A DNA stretch of 62,901 nt. Source: Bacteroidales bacterium. Lineage in GTDB: Bacteria; Bacteroidota; Bacteroidia; Bacteroidales; JAEINX01. How positions within the stretch are numbered: the stretch's first letter is position 1; every line of letters begins with the position of its first letter. This document shows, piece by piece, positions 49,743 to 58,454 of the stretch. The translations under genes and the position numbers were made by a program. Location: positions 1-62,901 of the forward strand of contig JAEINX010000006.1 of the NCBI GenBank assembly GCA_016342645.1. Reading direction: 5' to 3'. The notes beneath the pieces were generated by a model, which searched no databases, was not told where the DNA came from, and saw only the letters and a program-made list of their open reading frames with translations.

Positions 49743-50594
49743 TTAATTATGTTTTTTTGCCAATAATATCCGATACTCCCAAAGCTCTTTCTTAAGAGCT
49801 TTATATTGATAATATCCCGACTGATAATGCGTTTTTGAAAATTTTGAAGTATTATGAAATAGATTATATAATATCGTAGGGATCATACCAAACACATATG
49901 AATAATATAATCGTTTAGATGAGCGATGAATATTCTTGGTAAAATTACTATTTTTAATAATTTTAAATCCATTTTCACTTAATGTTTCATTAAGACTGCT
50001 TAAAGCAAGAAAATTATCAACAGCCCATTTCTCTCCCCACTTTTTAACGTAAGAGTTTTTATCAGCCTCTCCGGCAGAGGTTAAGAAATAATCGCATAAA
50101 ACCAATTTTCCTCCGGGTTTTAGCACCCTATATGCTTCATTAAAAAATGCTTCTTTAGGATTTGCATGGCAAACACTTTCACAAGCCCAAACAACATCAA
50201 ATGAGTTTTCCTTAAAGTTAGTTTGAGTGAAATCCTGAATTTCAAATTTGACTAAGTCTTTCAACTTTGACTTTTGAAGTTCATTATTTGCAATTATTAG
50301 TTGCTTTTCACTCAAAGTGATACCCTTTACTTTACATCCAAAATTATTCGCCAAATAAAAAGCTGCCCCTCCTACTCCACAGCCGGCATCCAAAACATGA
50401 TGATTAGCTTTGATGCCGGTAACTTCAGCCATTTTTTTGTTTACATTAATTAAAGCCTCACTAAATGACTTAGTATCATTATCCCACAATCCGGAATGAA
50501 TTGCCAAAACTTCAGACAACTGCCACCAATTTTTATAGTGGTTTATGGTTTGGTTGTAATAATCAGCAATATCTTCTTTGGTGAATGAAATCAT
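49743..50594 (-). CDS. Class I SAM-dependent methyltransferase (tocopherol/sterol methyltransferase-like)
   Basis: IHSGLW, VLDAGCGVGG, GITLS, FDVVWACES, RVLKPGG. Confidence 0.85.
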   Translation of the reverse strand: MISFTKEDIADYYNQTINHYKNWWQLSEVLAIHSGLWDNDTKSFSEALINVNKKMAEVTGIKANHHVLDAGCGVGGAAFYLANNFGCKVKGITLSEKQLIIANNELQKSKLKDLVKFEIQDFTQTNFKENSFDVVWACESVCHANPKEAFFNEAYRVLKPGGKLVLCDYFLTSAGEADKNSYVKKWGEKWAVDNFLALSSLNETLSENGFKIIKNSNFTKNIHRSSKRLYYSYVFGMIPTILYNLFHNTSKFSKTHYQSGYYQYKALKKELWEYRILLAKKHN

Positions 50595-50611
50595 TAATGT
50601 TTTATTTGGTT

Positions 50612-51526
50612 TTATATTTTCTCAACCCCTTTATTACTTGTTTTTGTTTTGTAAACCTTAACAAAATGTGGATTTTCGGCAAAAGCTTTTTCCATAATTC
50701 CGGCGATTTCATCAATATTATTTTCATTGCAAAGTGCAAAAACCGATGAACCGCCACCACTAACGTTGCAGCCGTAAGCTCCAACTTTTAACACATTTTC
50801 TTTAACAAAATTATATTCGGGAATGGCAGCCGACCTAACAGGCTCTGCAATATAATCAACACTTACAGCTTTGCCAAACTCAACAATATCTTTGGTATGA
50901 ATTGCATGAATTACTCGCGAACATCTTGCCATTTGTTCTTTCAATTTTTCCTGGCCTATTTCATAAGTTATAAATCCGCGGGTTGTTCTTTGGCTTTTAC
51001 GAATAGCAGCCAAAGCAATTGGAAAGTCGGGCAGATCAAGTTTAAGAACATCGATAGGATTATATGATTTTACTAAAACAAAACCTCCGAGCAAAGCTGC
51101 CGCCACATTATCGGCATGAGGTGATCCACCTGAGGCAACTTCTCCCATTCGAGCAAGGTCAATTATTTCATTATCTGAAAGTTTTAATCCTAATAATTCA
51201 TTTAAACCAAAAATACATCCCGCTGCCGAGGCTCCGGTTGTTCCCATTCCACCTCCCGATTTCATATTTTTTATTATACGAATGTGGATTCCTTGTTTGA
51301 TATTGAATTTTTTTACTAAAGCCAATGCGGCTAATCCGGCCGTATTATCATTAATATCGGTCGGTATATTTTGGGTGTCGTTGATAATTTCAATTGTAAT
51401 CTTATTTGAATCGTTTAATTCAATTTCTATTTCGTCGTAAGGCATTTGCAGAGCCATTGCAAAAATATCGTATCCCGGTCCAACATTTGCACTGCTTGCC
51501 GGCGCTCTCAGTTTTATTTTATTCAT
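50612..51526 (-). CDS. thrB: Homoserine kinase-like GHMP kinase
   Basis: PASSANVGPGYD, HADNVAAALLGG, VSGGGSS; P-loop is divergent (MKSGGGMGTTGAS). Confidence 0.7.
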   Translation of the reverse strand: MNKIKLRAPASSANVGPGYDIFAMALQMPYDEIEIELNDSNKITIEIINDTQNIPTDINDNTAGLAALALVKKFNIKQGIHIRIIKNMKSGGGMGTTGASAAGCIFGLNELLGLKLSDNEIIDLARMGEVASGGSPHADNVAAALLGGFVLVKSYNPIDVLKLDLPDFPIALAAIRKSQRTTRGFITYEIGQEKLKEQMARCSRVIHAIHTKDIVEFGKAVSVDYIAEPVRSAAIPEYNFVKENVLKVGAYGCNVSGGGSSVFALCNENNIDEIAGIMEKAFAENPHFVKVYKTKTSNKGVEKI

Positions 51527-51539
51527 TTTTTATTGGTTT

Positions 51540-51797
51540 TTAATCATAATGAAATCTACACTTTATTATCCGAATTTCTTCATCTTTCACTTGATAAATT
51601 AGTCTATGCTCTTCATCAATTCTTAGGGACCAAAAACCTTGATACTTATGTTTCAAAGGTTCTGGTTTTCCAATTCCGGAAAATGGGTTCCGTGAAATAT
51701 CCCTGATTAACTCATTTATCTTTTTCAAATTCTTTTTATTGACCTTTTGCCAATATAGGTAATCTTCCCATGATTCATCAACGAATACATATTTCAT
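51540..51797 (-). CDS. yoeB: Txe/YoeB toxin
   Basis: WEDYLYWQ, GIGKPEPLKH, WSLRIDEEHRL, CRFHY. Confidence 0.93.
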   Translation of the reverse strand: MKYVFVDESWEDYLYWQKVNKKNLKKINELIRDISRNPFSGIGKPEPLKHKYQGFWSLRIDEEHRLIYQVKDEEIRIIKCRFHYD

Positions 51798-52048
51798 TCT
51801 TCAATGAGTTCTTTTTGAAATGATAAATTCTTCTTAAATTTATTAATTGCCGAATCTAATCTTTTTTCATTTATCCGGGATGAGAGTTCGTGTTGTGTCG
51901 AACATAATGCGTTATATTCATCTAATGAAATTACTACAACACCTTTGTCTTTTCCTCGATTAATTACTAAAGTTTCAAAATTATCAATAACGCTATCAAG
52001 GTATTTCTTAATGTCTTTTCTAAAATCCGAAATTGTTGTTGTAATCAT
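51794..52048 (-). CDS. yefM: Phd/YefM antitoxin
   Basis: ISDFRKDIKKYLD, VVISLDEYN; overlaps the toxin start (ATGA). Confidence 0.9.
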   Translation of the reverse strand: MITTTISDFRKDIKKYLDSVIDNFETLVINRGKDKGVVVISLDEYNALCSTQHELSSRINEKRLDSAINKFKKNLSFQKELIEE

Positions 52049-52062
52049 GTTTATTTTGTTTT

Positions 52063-52082
52063 TTGTACAAAATTATGTACAA
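52063..52082. promoter_or_regulatory. yefM-yoeB operator: two TGTACA palindromes 12 bp apart
   Basis: tgtaca at 52064-52069 and 52076-52081, matching the architecture of the E. coli yefM-yoeB operator. Confidence 0.75.
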
Positions 52083-52181
52083 ATTTTGGATTTTCCAAAA
52101 TTTTTTATCAATAATTTACGAAACAATACATCCAATTAATAAGTTTCCAGCTAATCGAAAGGATACTTCTCTGATTTACAT

Positions 52182-53066
52182 TTAAATCAATCCATTATCC
52201 TCCATAATAGATTTAAGGATTTTTGTTTTTGGTTCGCTAAGAGGAGTTAAGGGAAGTCTTACCCCTCCGGCTGCTTGACCTGAAAGATTCAAAGCCATTT
52301 TTGCCGCCATCGGATTGGTTTCAAAGCGTAATGCTTCAAAAAGTCGATAGTATTTATGATGAATTTCTTTTGCTTTCGTAATTTCTCCTTCAAGAGAATA
52401 ATCAATCATTTGTTTCATTATTTCGGGGACAATATTTCCGGCAACCGTAAAAGTTCCACTTCCGCCCGAAGCAACAAACGGAAAAGCGGTAGTGTCTTTT
52501 CCCGTAAAAACTTCAAAATCGTCATCTTTGGTCAAATAAACAACCTTAGCCAAATGATCTAATTGTTTGTTTCCGTCTTTAACCCCTATAATGTTAGGAT
52601 GTTTTGCAAGCTTTGCAGTAATTTCGGGAGTTAGCTCAACACATGTTCTGCCTTTTGCATTATGTAAAATAATTGGTAATTCGGAATAATCGGCAAGTTT
52701 TTCGTAAAACTCAATCAAACCGTCAGGTTTTGGGAGAACAAAAAACGGTGCAAAAACCGAAACATAATCAGCCCCGCAATCAGCATATTGTCTTACTCTT
52801 TCTCTCGCTTTCCATAAGCTCATCGCACATGTATCAGGTACAATTTTAGCTTTACCTTTTGCATTTTCAACAACTATTTTTAAAACTCTTATTACTTCAT
52901 CGTCTGTCATCAAAGTATTTTCGCCTGTAACACCCAAAGGTGCAATTCCATGAATACCTGATTCTACTTGTTTCAATACATTTTGCTTTAAACCTTCTTC
53001 ATCAAGAGTTTGATCTTCGTTGAAAGGAGTTATTAACAATGTGTATGCTCCCTTTTGCATTTTCAT
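52182..53066 (-). CDS. DapA/NAL-family class I aldolase (atypical active site)
   Basis: LITPF, LGVTGE, Schiff-base Lys in IGVKD, ETNP, VRLPLTPL. Confidence 0.8.
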   Translation of the reverse strand: MKMQKGAYTLLITPFNEDQTLDEEGLKQNVLKQVESGIHGIAPLGVTGENTLMTDDEVIRVLKIVVENAKGKAKIVPDTCAMSLWKARERVRQYADCGADYVSVFAPFFVLPKPDGLIEFYEKLADYSELPIILHNAKGRTCVELTPEITAKLAKHPNIIGVKDGNKQLDHLAKVVYLTKDDDFEVFTGKDTTAFPFVASGGSGTFTVAGNIVPEIMKQMIDYSLEGEITKAKEIHHKYYRLFEALRFETNPMAAKMALNLSGQAAGGVRLPLTPLSEPKTKILKSIMEDNGLI

Positions 53067-53243
53067 AATTATATATTTTTACTATTAAACTTTATTTAAA
53101 ATCATTATAAATTGCTGCAAAGGTCGAGATAAAATATATTACTTTCAAGGGAAAAAATAATATTTTTAAAATAAGCTTTATAAATAAAGGTAATAAGGTG
53201 ATTGTTTTAATAAAAAAATATTGCCAAAAAATAATATTTAGTT

Positions 53244-53301
53244 AAATTTCTATACATTTTTAAAGTTGAACTTTAAAAATGTATAAAAATTTGTATATTT
53301 G
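53244..53301 (+). promoter_or_regulatory. 49-bp near-perfect palindrome abutting the -7 box of the AAA ATPase gene
   Basis: tatacatttttaaagtt-g-aactttaaaaatgtata (53251-53285), extendable by aaattt; TATATTTG at 53294-53301. Confidence 0.7.
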
Positions 53302-53305
53302 CACC

Positions 53306-54466
53306 ATGATAATTAAAAGAACAATACAAGATGAGTTAATTAGTTTAATGAAGGAATACCCTGTTGTTACACTTACAGGACCAAGACAATCAGGCAAAAC
53401 CACCCTGGCAAAAATCACTTATCCGAACTTTATTTATTGTAACCTCGAAAATCCTGAGATTCGTAAACTGGCAGAGACAGACGCAAATGCTTTTTTTAAT
53501 ACTTTCAGATTCCCAGTAATTATTGACGAAATACAAAGAGTGCCACAGTTGTTATCATATATTCAAACAATTGTAGATCAAGAAAATGAAAACGGCATGT
53601 TTTTAATTACCGCTAGTCATCAATCATCGTTAGATGAAGCAATTTCCCAATCGCTTGCAGGAAGAACAGCTCTTTTACAACTTTTACCCTTTTCAATTGT
53701 GGAACTTAAATCATTTAACCTGAATTTAAACAGGGATGCACAAATTTGTAAAGGTTTTTTACCACGTATTTACGAAAAAAAACAAAACTCTTTCAAAGCA
53801 TATAGGAATTATTTTCAAACCTACATTGAACGTGACTTGCGACAAATGATAAAATTGAAGGACTTAAGTATCTTTGATGACTTTATCAGACTATTAGCAG
53901 GAAGAGTTGGTCAGATTTTAAATATTCATTCACTGTCAAATAATTTAGGTGTTTCTTCTCCAACTATTACTCAATGGTTGTCAATATTAGAAGCGTCATT
54001 TATTATTTTTAGGTTAAAACCCTATTTTGAAAATTTCGGTAAGCGGATTATTAAATCTTCAAAAATTTATTTTACGGATGTTGGGCTGGCCTCATACCTT
54101 TTGAGTATTGAAAATCAAGAACAGGTTCATCGTGACCCCCTTCTCGGTGGGTTATTCGAAAATATGGTTGTTTTGGAAGCAGTTAAAGCAAGATTAAACC
54201 AGGGTCTTGATCCTAACCTTTTCTTCTTTCGTGATAATAACGGCAATGAAGTTGACCTTATCTTCAAAACACAAAATTCTCTTATCCCAATAGAAATTAA
54301 AGCTGCTATGACTTTTAATGAAAAGCTTCTTAAAGGGATAAATTATTTTCACAATATCTGTGATAAAGCTAAAGATGGCTATTTAATTTATTCCGGGGAA
54401 CTAAGTTTTAAAAGCCGTTATTATGAAACAATTCATTACTCAAAAACACACGAAATTTTTTCATAA
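53306..54466 (+). CDS. AAA_14 / DUF4143 ATPase
   Basis: GPRQSGKTT, IDEIQ, ISQSLAGR, KIYFTDVGL, FFRD..GNEVD, PIEIK; ATG 53306 preferred because the promoter box lies inside the longer ORF. Confidence 0.88.
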   Translation: MIIKRTIQDELISLMKEYPVVTLTGPRQSGKTTLAKITYPNFIYCNLENPEIRKLAETDANAFFNTFRFPVIIDEIQRVPQLLSYIQTIVDQENENGMFLITASHQSSLDEAISQSLAGRTALLQLLPFSIVELKSFNLNLNRDAQICKGFLPRIYEKKQNSFKAYRNYFQTYIERDLRQMIKLKDLSIFDDFIRLLAGRVGQILNIHSLSNNLGVSSPTITQWLSILEASFIIFRLKPYFENFGKRIIKSSKIYFTDVGLASYLLSIENQEQVHRDPLLGGLFENMVVLEAVKARLNQGLDPNLFFFRDNNGNEVDLIFKTQNSLIPIEIKAAMTFNEKLLKGINYFHNICDKAKDGYLIYSGELSFKSRYYETIHYSKTHEIFS

Positions 54467-54485
54467 TTTAAGCCACTATTAGTCA

Positions 54486-56621
54486 ATGGATATTAAAAGA
54501 ATATCAATCTATATTTGCTCGGGATGCGAGATCGGGAATTCCATCGATATTGATACACTTAAAGATATTTCTGAAAAAGAATTTCAGATCACATACTTCA
54601 AACAACATCCAAATCTATGTTCAAAAAACGGTATAGAGCTGATAAAAAATGACCTGAATGAAACATCGGCAAATGCCATTATTATTGCCGCTTGTTCACC
54701 TCGACAAAACACAAAAACATTTTCATTTGATGATGTTATTGTCGAACGCTTAAATTTCAGAGAACAAGTTGTTTGGCCACATGAAGCTAATGATGAAGAT
54801 ACCCAAATGCTTGCAGAAGATATTCTTAGAATGGGAATTGCAAAAGTCAACTCAATTATTAAACCTATTCCTTTCATAATTAATGATTTTTGTGCTGATG
54901 TTTTGGTAGTTGGCGGTGGAATCACAGGAATTACTTCGGCTATTGAAGCAGCCAAAACAGGCTATAAAGTTTTTCTTATTGAAAAAGAAAATGAACTGGG
55001 AGGCTATTCGGCAAAGCTACATAAACAAATTCCTTTTCGCTATCCTTATATAAAAATTGAAGAGCCTCTTGTTTTTGAAAAGATAAAAGAAATTGAAAAT
55101 CATCCGAAAATTAAAGTTTTCAAGTCCACAGAAATTAAAGAAATTGGCGGACAACCGGGTGAGTTTTCAGTAAAACTGAATACTAATGGAAATAAGAATT
55201 CTTTAAAAGCCGGAGCAATCGTAATGGCCACAGGATGGAAACTCTACGATGCTTCAAAACTTTCGGTATTTGGGTACGGAAATTTCAATAATGTCGTAAC
55301 AAATCTTGAAATGGAAAGCCTCGCAAAAAAAGGTAAAATATTAAAACCTTCGGATGGAGAGGAAGTTAAAAGTGCTTTATTTATTCAGTGTGCAGGTTCG
55401 CGTGATCAGGAACATTTGCCTTATTGTTCAAATTATTGTTGTGGAACAGCCCTAAAACAAATTAAATATCTGCGTGAAGCAAATATTGATTCAAATGCTT
55501 TTATTGTTTATAAAGACATCAGAACCCAAGGACATTACGAAAACTTTTACAAAGAAATTCAAAACGATAACAGAGTTTTCTTTACAAAAGGTGAGGTGAA
55601 ATCAATTGCCGAAAACGAAGAAAAATTATTAATCACAATTGATAATTCACTTCTCAATGAAGAAATTCAATTGGAAGTTGATCTTGTTGTACTTGCACTC
55701 GGAATGACTCCTGCTAATTCCGCTGAATTGAATCTAAATTACAGAATGGGAAAAGGTTTGCCGTCTTTAAAATATGATTTCCCCGATTCTCATTTCATTT
55801 GTTTTCCTTATGAAACGCGGCGAACAGGAATTTATGCTGCCGGTTCTTTGCGCTCACCGATGGATATTACGGCAAGCATTGAGGATGCCTGCGGAGCCAC
55901 GATGAAAGCTATTCAATGTATTGAAGCAACAAAACGCGGCGAATCTGTCCACCCTCGTTCCGGCGATCGTTCCTATCCTGAACTTTATCTTGAAAGATGT
56001 ACCGATTGCAAACGCTGTACTGAAGAATGTCCTTTTGGAGCTTACGATGAAACCGAAAAAGGAACTCCCCTTCCAAATCCATCACGTTGCAGGCGTTGCG
56101 GCATTTGTTTGGGTGCATGCCCCGAGCGAATAATTAATTTTAGTGATTTTTCTATCAATAGTGTTTCATCAATGATAAAAGCAGTTAATATTCCTGACGA
56201 GTTTGAAGAAAAACCCAGAATACTTGTTTTTGTTTGCGAAAATGATGCTTATCCCGCTTTCGATATGGCAGGATTCAAACGCTTAAATTATAGCTCATTC
56301 GTTAGAATAATTCCTGTAAGATGTATTGGCTCGGTTAATAAAGTGTGGATTTCTGATGCACTTTCGCAAGGCTTCGACGGAATTTTAATGATTGGTTGCA
56401 AACCCGGCGATGATTACCAATGTCATTTTATTCATGGAAGCGAACTTAATGAAACACGTGGAGAGAACATCAGCGAAACCCTCGAAAAAATGATGCTTGA
56501 ACCCGAACGCCTTAAAACCGAATTCCTTGAAATAAATGAGTATAACAAAATCCCGGAAATTATAAACAATTATGTTGAAACTATCGAAGATATTGGACCG
56601 AATCCTTTTAAGGAAATGTAA
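54486..56621 (+). CDS. qmoB: QmoB-like protein (HdrA-like FAD/FeS module plus C-terminal MvhD domain)
   Basis: VGGGITG, IQCAGSRD..CSNYCC, two CxxCxxCxxxCP motifs, FVCENDAY, VRCIGS, GCKPGDDYQCH. Confidence 0.85.
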   Translation: MDIKRISIYICSGCEIGNSIDIDTLKDISEKEFQITYFKQHPNLCSKNGIELIKNDLNETSANAIIIAACSPRQNTKTFSFDDVIVERLNFREQVVWPHEANDEDTQMLAEDILRMGIAKVNSIIKPIPFIINDFCADVLVVGGGITGITSAIEAAKTGYKVFLIEKENELGGYSAKLHKQIPFRYPYIKIEEPLVFEKIKEIENHPKIKVFKSTEIKEIGGQPGEFSVKLNTNGNKNSLKAGAIVMATGWKLYDASKLSVFGYGNFNNVVTNLEMESLAKKGKILKPSDGEEVKSALFIQCAGSRDQEHLPYCSNYCCGTALKQIKYLREANIDSNAFIVYKDIRTQGHYENFYKEIQNDNRVFFTKGEVKSIAENEEKLLITIDNSLLNEEIQLEVDLVVLALGMTPANSAELNLNYRMGKGLPSLKYDFPDSHFICFPYETRRTGIYAAGSLRSPMDITASIEDACGATMKAIQCIEATKRGESVHPRSGDRSYPELYLERCTDCKRCTEECPFGAYDETEKGTPLPNPSRCRRCGICLGACPERIINFSDFSINSVSSMIKAVNIPDEFEEKPRILVFVCENDAYPAFDMAGFKRLNYSSFVRIIPVRCIGSVNKVWISDALSQGFDGILMIGCKPGDDYQCHFIHGSELNETRGENISETLEKMMLEPERLKTEFLEINEYNKIPEIINNYVETIEDIGPNPFKEM

Positions 56622-56622
56622 A

Positions 56623-56680
56623 GGATATTGGATATTCGATACAAGATACTGGATGCTGGATGCTGGATGCTGGATGCTGG
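56623..56680. repeat. 7-bp tandem repeat (GGATGCT / GGATATT) x8 between qmoB and qmoC
   Basis: Read directly from the sequence. Confidence 0.9.
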
Positions 56681-56693
56681 TTGAAAAAATAAA

Positions 56694-57797
56694 TTGGAAA
56701 TTGTGGATATAATTAAACCTGATATAGATTTTATTGAGAAGCTTTCAAAGGATAGTGGTGCTCCATTAAAACAATGTATGCAATGTGGAACATGTTCGGT
56801 TGTTTGTAAGCTTTCGCCCGAAGATAATCCTTTTCCTCGCAAAGAAATGATTTGGGCAGGCTGGGGTTTGAAAGAAAAACTTTTGGGAGACCCCGATATT
56901 TGGCTTTGTCATCAATGTGGCGATTGCACAACTTATTGCCCACGTGGTGTGAAGCCCGGCGATGTATTTTCTTCTTTACGATTTATGAGTTATTTGCATT
57001 ATTCAAAACCAAAGTTTCTCGCTGCATTTTTAAGTAAAATTCAAAACCTTCCATTTATTATTTTAATACCAACAATAATCATCCTTGGAATTATTTATTT
57101 TGTTACCGGTTTGGAAATTCCTCCTGGAGAAATAATTTATTCTAAGTTTTTTCCACATAAACAGCTTAATATTTCATTTTCAATTTTAGTGCTACTAACT
57201 ATTTTTGGGATGATGTTTAGCATTAGAAATTTTTTGAAAGACTTGAAAAAAAATATGCCACCAAAAAAAATAAAAAATACGGTTTTAAAGAGCTTTTTTG
57301 AAGCTTTCAAAGAAATTTTATCCCATCGAAAATTTAATAAATGTGATAATAACAACTATAGATATTCGGCTCATCTGATGGTTTTTTATGGTTTTATAAC
57401 TTTGTTATTTGTTACATTTTTTGCTATAATTTCAGTAATATTTTTCCAATATCCTTTGACATTTTTTAATCCAATAAAAATTGCAGGAAACCTTGCGGCA
57501 GTTTCACTTTTAATAGGGCTTTCAACAATGATTTTCAAGAGATTAACTAACATAGAACTCTCAGGTAATTCAACGTATTTCGACTGGATTTTCTTAATTT
57601 CCCTCTATTTATTGGTTATCACCGGAGTTTTAGTTGAAATTGCACGATTTGATAGTTGGAAATTTGCTTACCATATTTATTTTGTGCATTTGGTTTTAGT
57701 TTGGGTTGTAATTGTTTATTTACCTTATACAAAATTTGGGCATATGATATATAGATTCACTGCACTCACTTATTGTAAATTTATTGGAAGAGAATGA
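56694..57797 (+). CDS. qmoC: QmoC-like membrane subunit (HdrC-like 2x[4Fe-4S] plus heme b membrane domain)
   Basis: CMQCGTCSVVC, FPRKEMIWAGWG, CHQCGDCTTYCPRG, transmembrane helices with His, LPYTKFGHM. Confidence 0.85.
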   Translation: MEIVDIIKPDIDFIEKLSKDSGAPLKQCMQCGTCSVVCKLSPEDNPFPRKEMIWAGWGLKEKLLGDPDIWLCHQCGDCTTYCPRGVKPGDVFSSLRFMSYLHYSKPKFLAAFLSKIQNLPFIILIPTIIILGIIYFVTGLEIPPGEIIYSKFFPHKQLNISFSILVLLTIFGMMFSIRNFLKDLKKNMPPKKIKNTVLKSFFEAFKEILSHRKFNKCDNNNYRYSAHLMVFYGFITLLFVTFFAIISVIFFQYPLTFFNPIKIAGNLAAVSLLIGLSTMIFKRLTNIELSGNSTYFDWIFLISLYLLVITGVLVEIARFDSWKFAYHIYFVHLVLVWVVIVYLPYTKFGHMIYRFTALTYCKFIGRE

Positions 57798-57894
57798 TTT
57801 CAGAACTCACTAAAACCGGCAATGGCCAAAAAAGATTTGCAAAAGCCTCAAAATTATTTGGAATTTAAATACTTTTAAAAAAAATCAATTTGAT

Positions 57895-58371
57895 ATGCAA
57901 AATATTATAATCAAACCGATCGGCATTATTCACACTCCATATAAAACCCCAAAGGACATTCCAATACAAGGCATTTTCAAAAATAATATTGAAGGGTTTT
58001 TAAGTTTAAATGAGAAATACTGCGAAGGATTAAAAGATTTAGAAGCTTACAGTCATGCAATTCTTATTTATCATTTCGATAGATCGCAAAAAGAAGATTT
58101 GATTTCCAAACCATTTCTTGAAAATGAGGAGCATGGAATCTTTGCCATCAGGAGCCCACACCGGCCAAATCATATCGGTTTATCGATAGTAAAAATCAAA
58201 AAAATAATAGAAAACAAGGTATATTTCACGGAAGTTGATATGTTAGACAAAACACCCTTGATTGATATAAAACCTTTTGTAAAACAGTTTGATAATCGTG
58301 AAAATGTTGTTTCGGGCTGGGTTGATAAGCACTTTACAAATGGCAATATCCCCGATAGAGTAATTTTATAG
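57895..58371 (+). CDS. tsaA: tRNA m6t6A37 methyltransferase TrmO/TsaA
   Basis: PIGIIHTPY, GIFAIRSPHRPNHIGLS, TPLIDIKP. Confidence 0.85.
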   Translation: MQNIIIKPIGIIHTPYKTPKDIPIQGIFKNNIEGFLSLNEKYCEGLKDLEAYSHAILIYHFDRSQKEDLISKPFLENEEHGIFAIRSPHRPNHIGLSIVKIKKIIENKVYFTEVDMLDKTPLIDIKPFVKQFDNRENVVSGWVDKHFTNGNIPDRVIL

Positions 58372-58454
58372 ATGATTTTATATTACTGAAATTTATTCTG
58401 AACAACCTTAAAACATAAGGGCTGAAAAAATATTAAATCCATATTATACTTTTA

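Noticed and set aside
54486-56621. Selenocysteine recoding in the HdrA/MvhD-like domains
   Set aside because: The frame is open with Cys at the motif positions and no in-frame TGA
56570-56842. 90-aa minus-strand ORF with QPASSIQHPASS
   Set aside because: Antisense to qmoB/qmoC and derived from the 7-bp repeat
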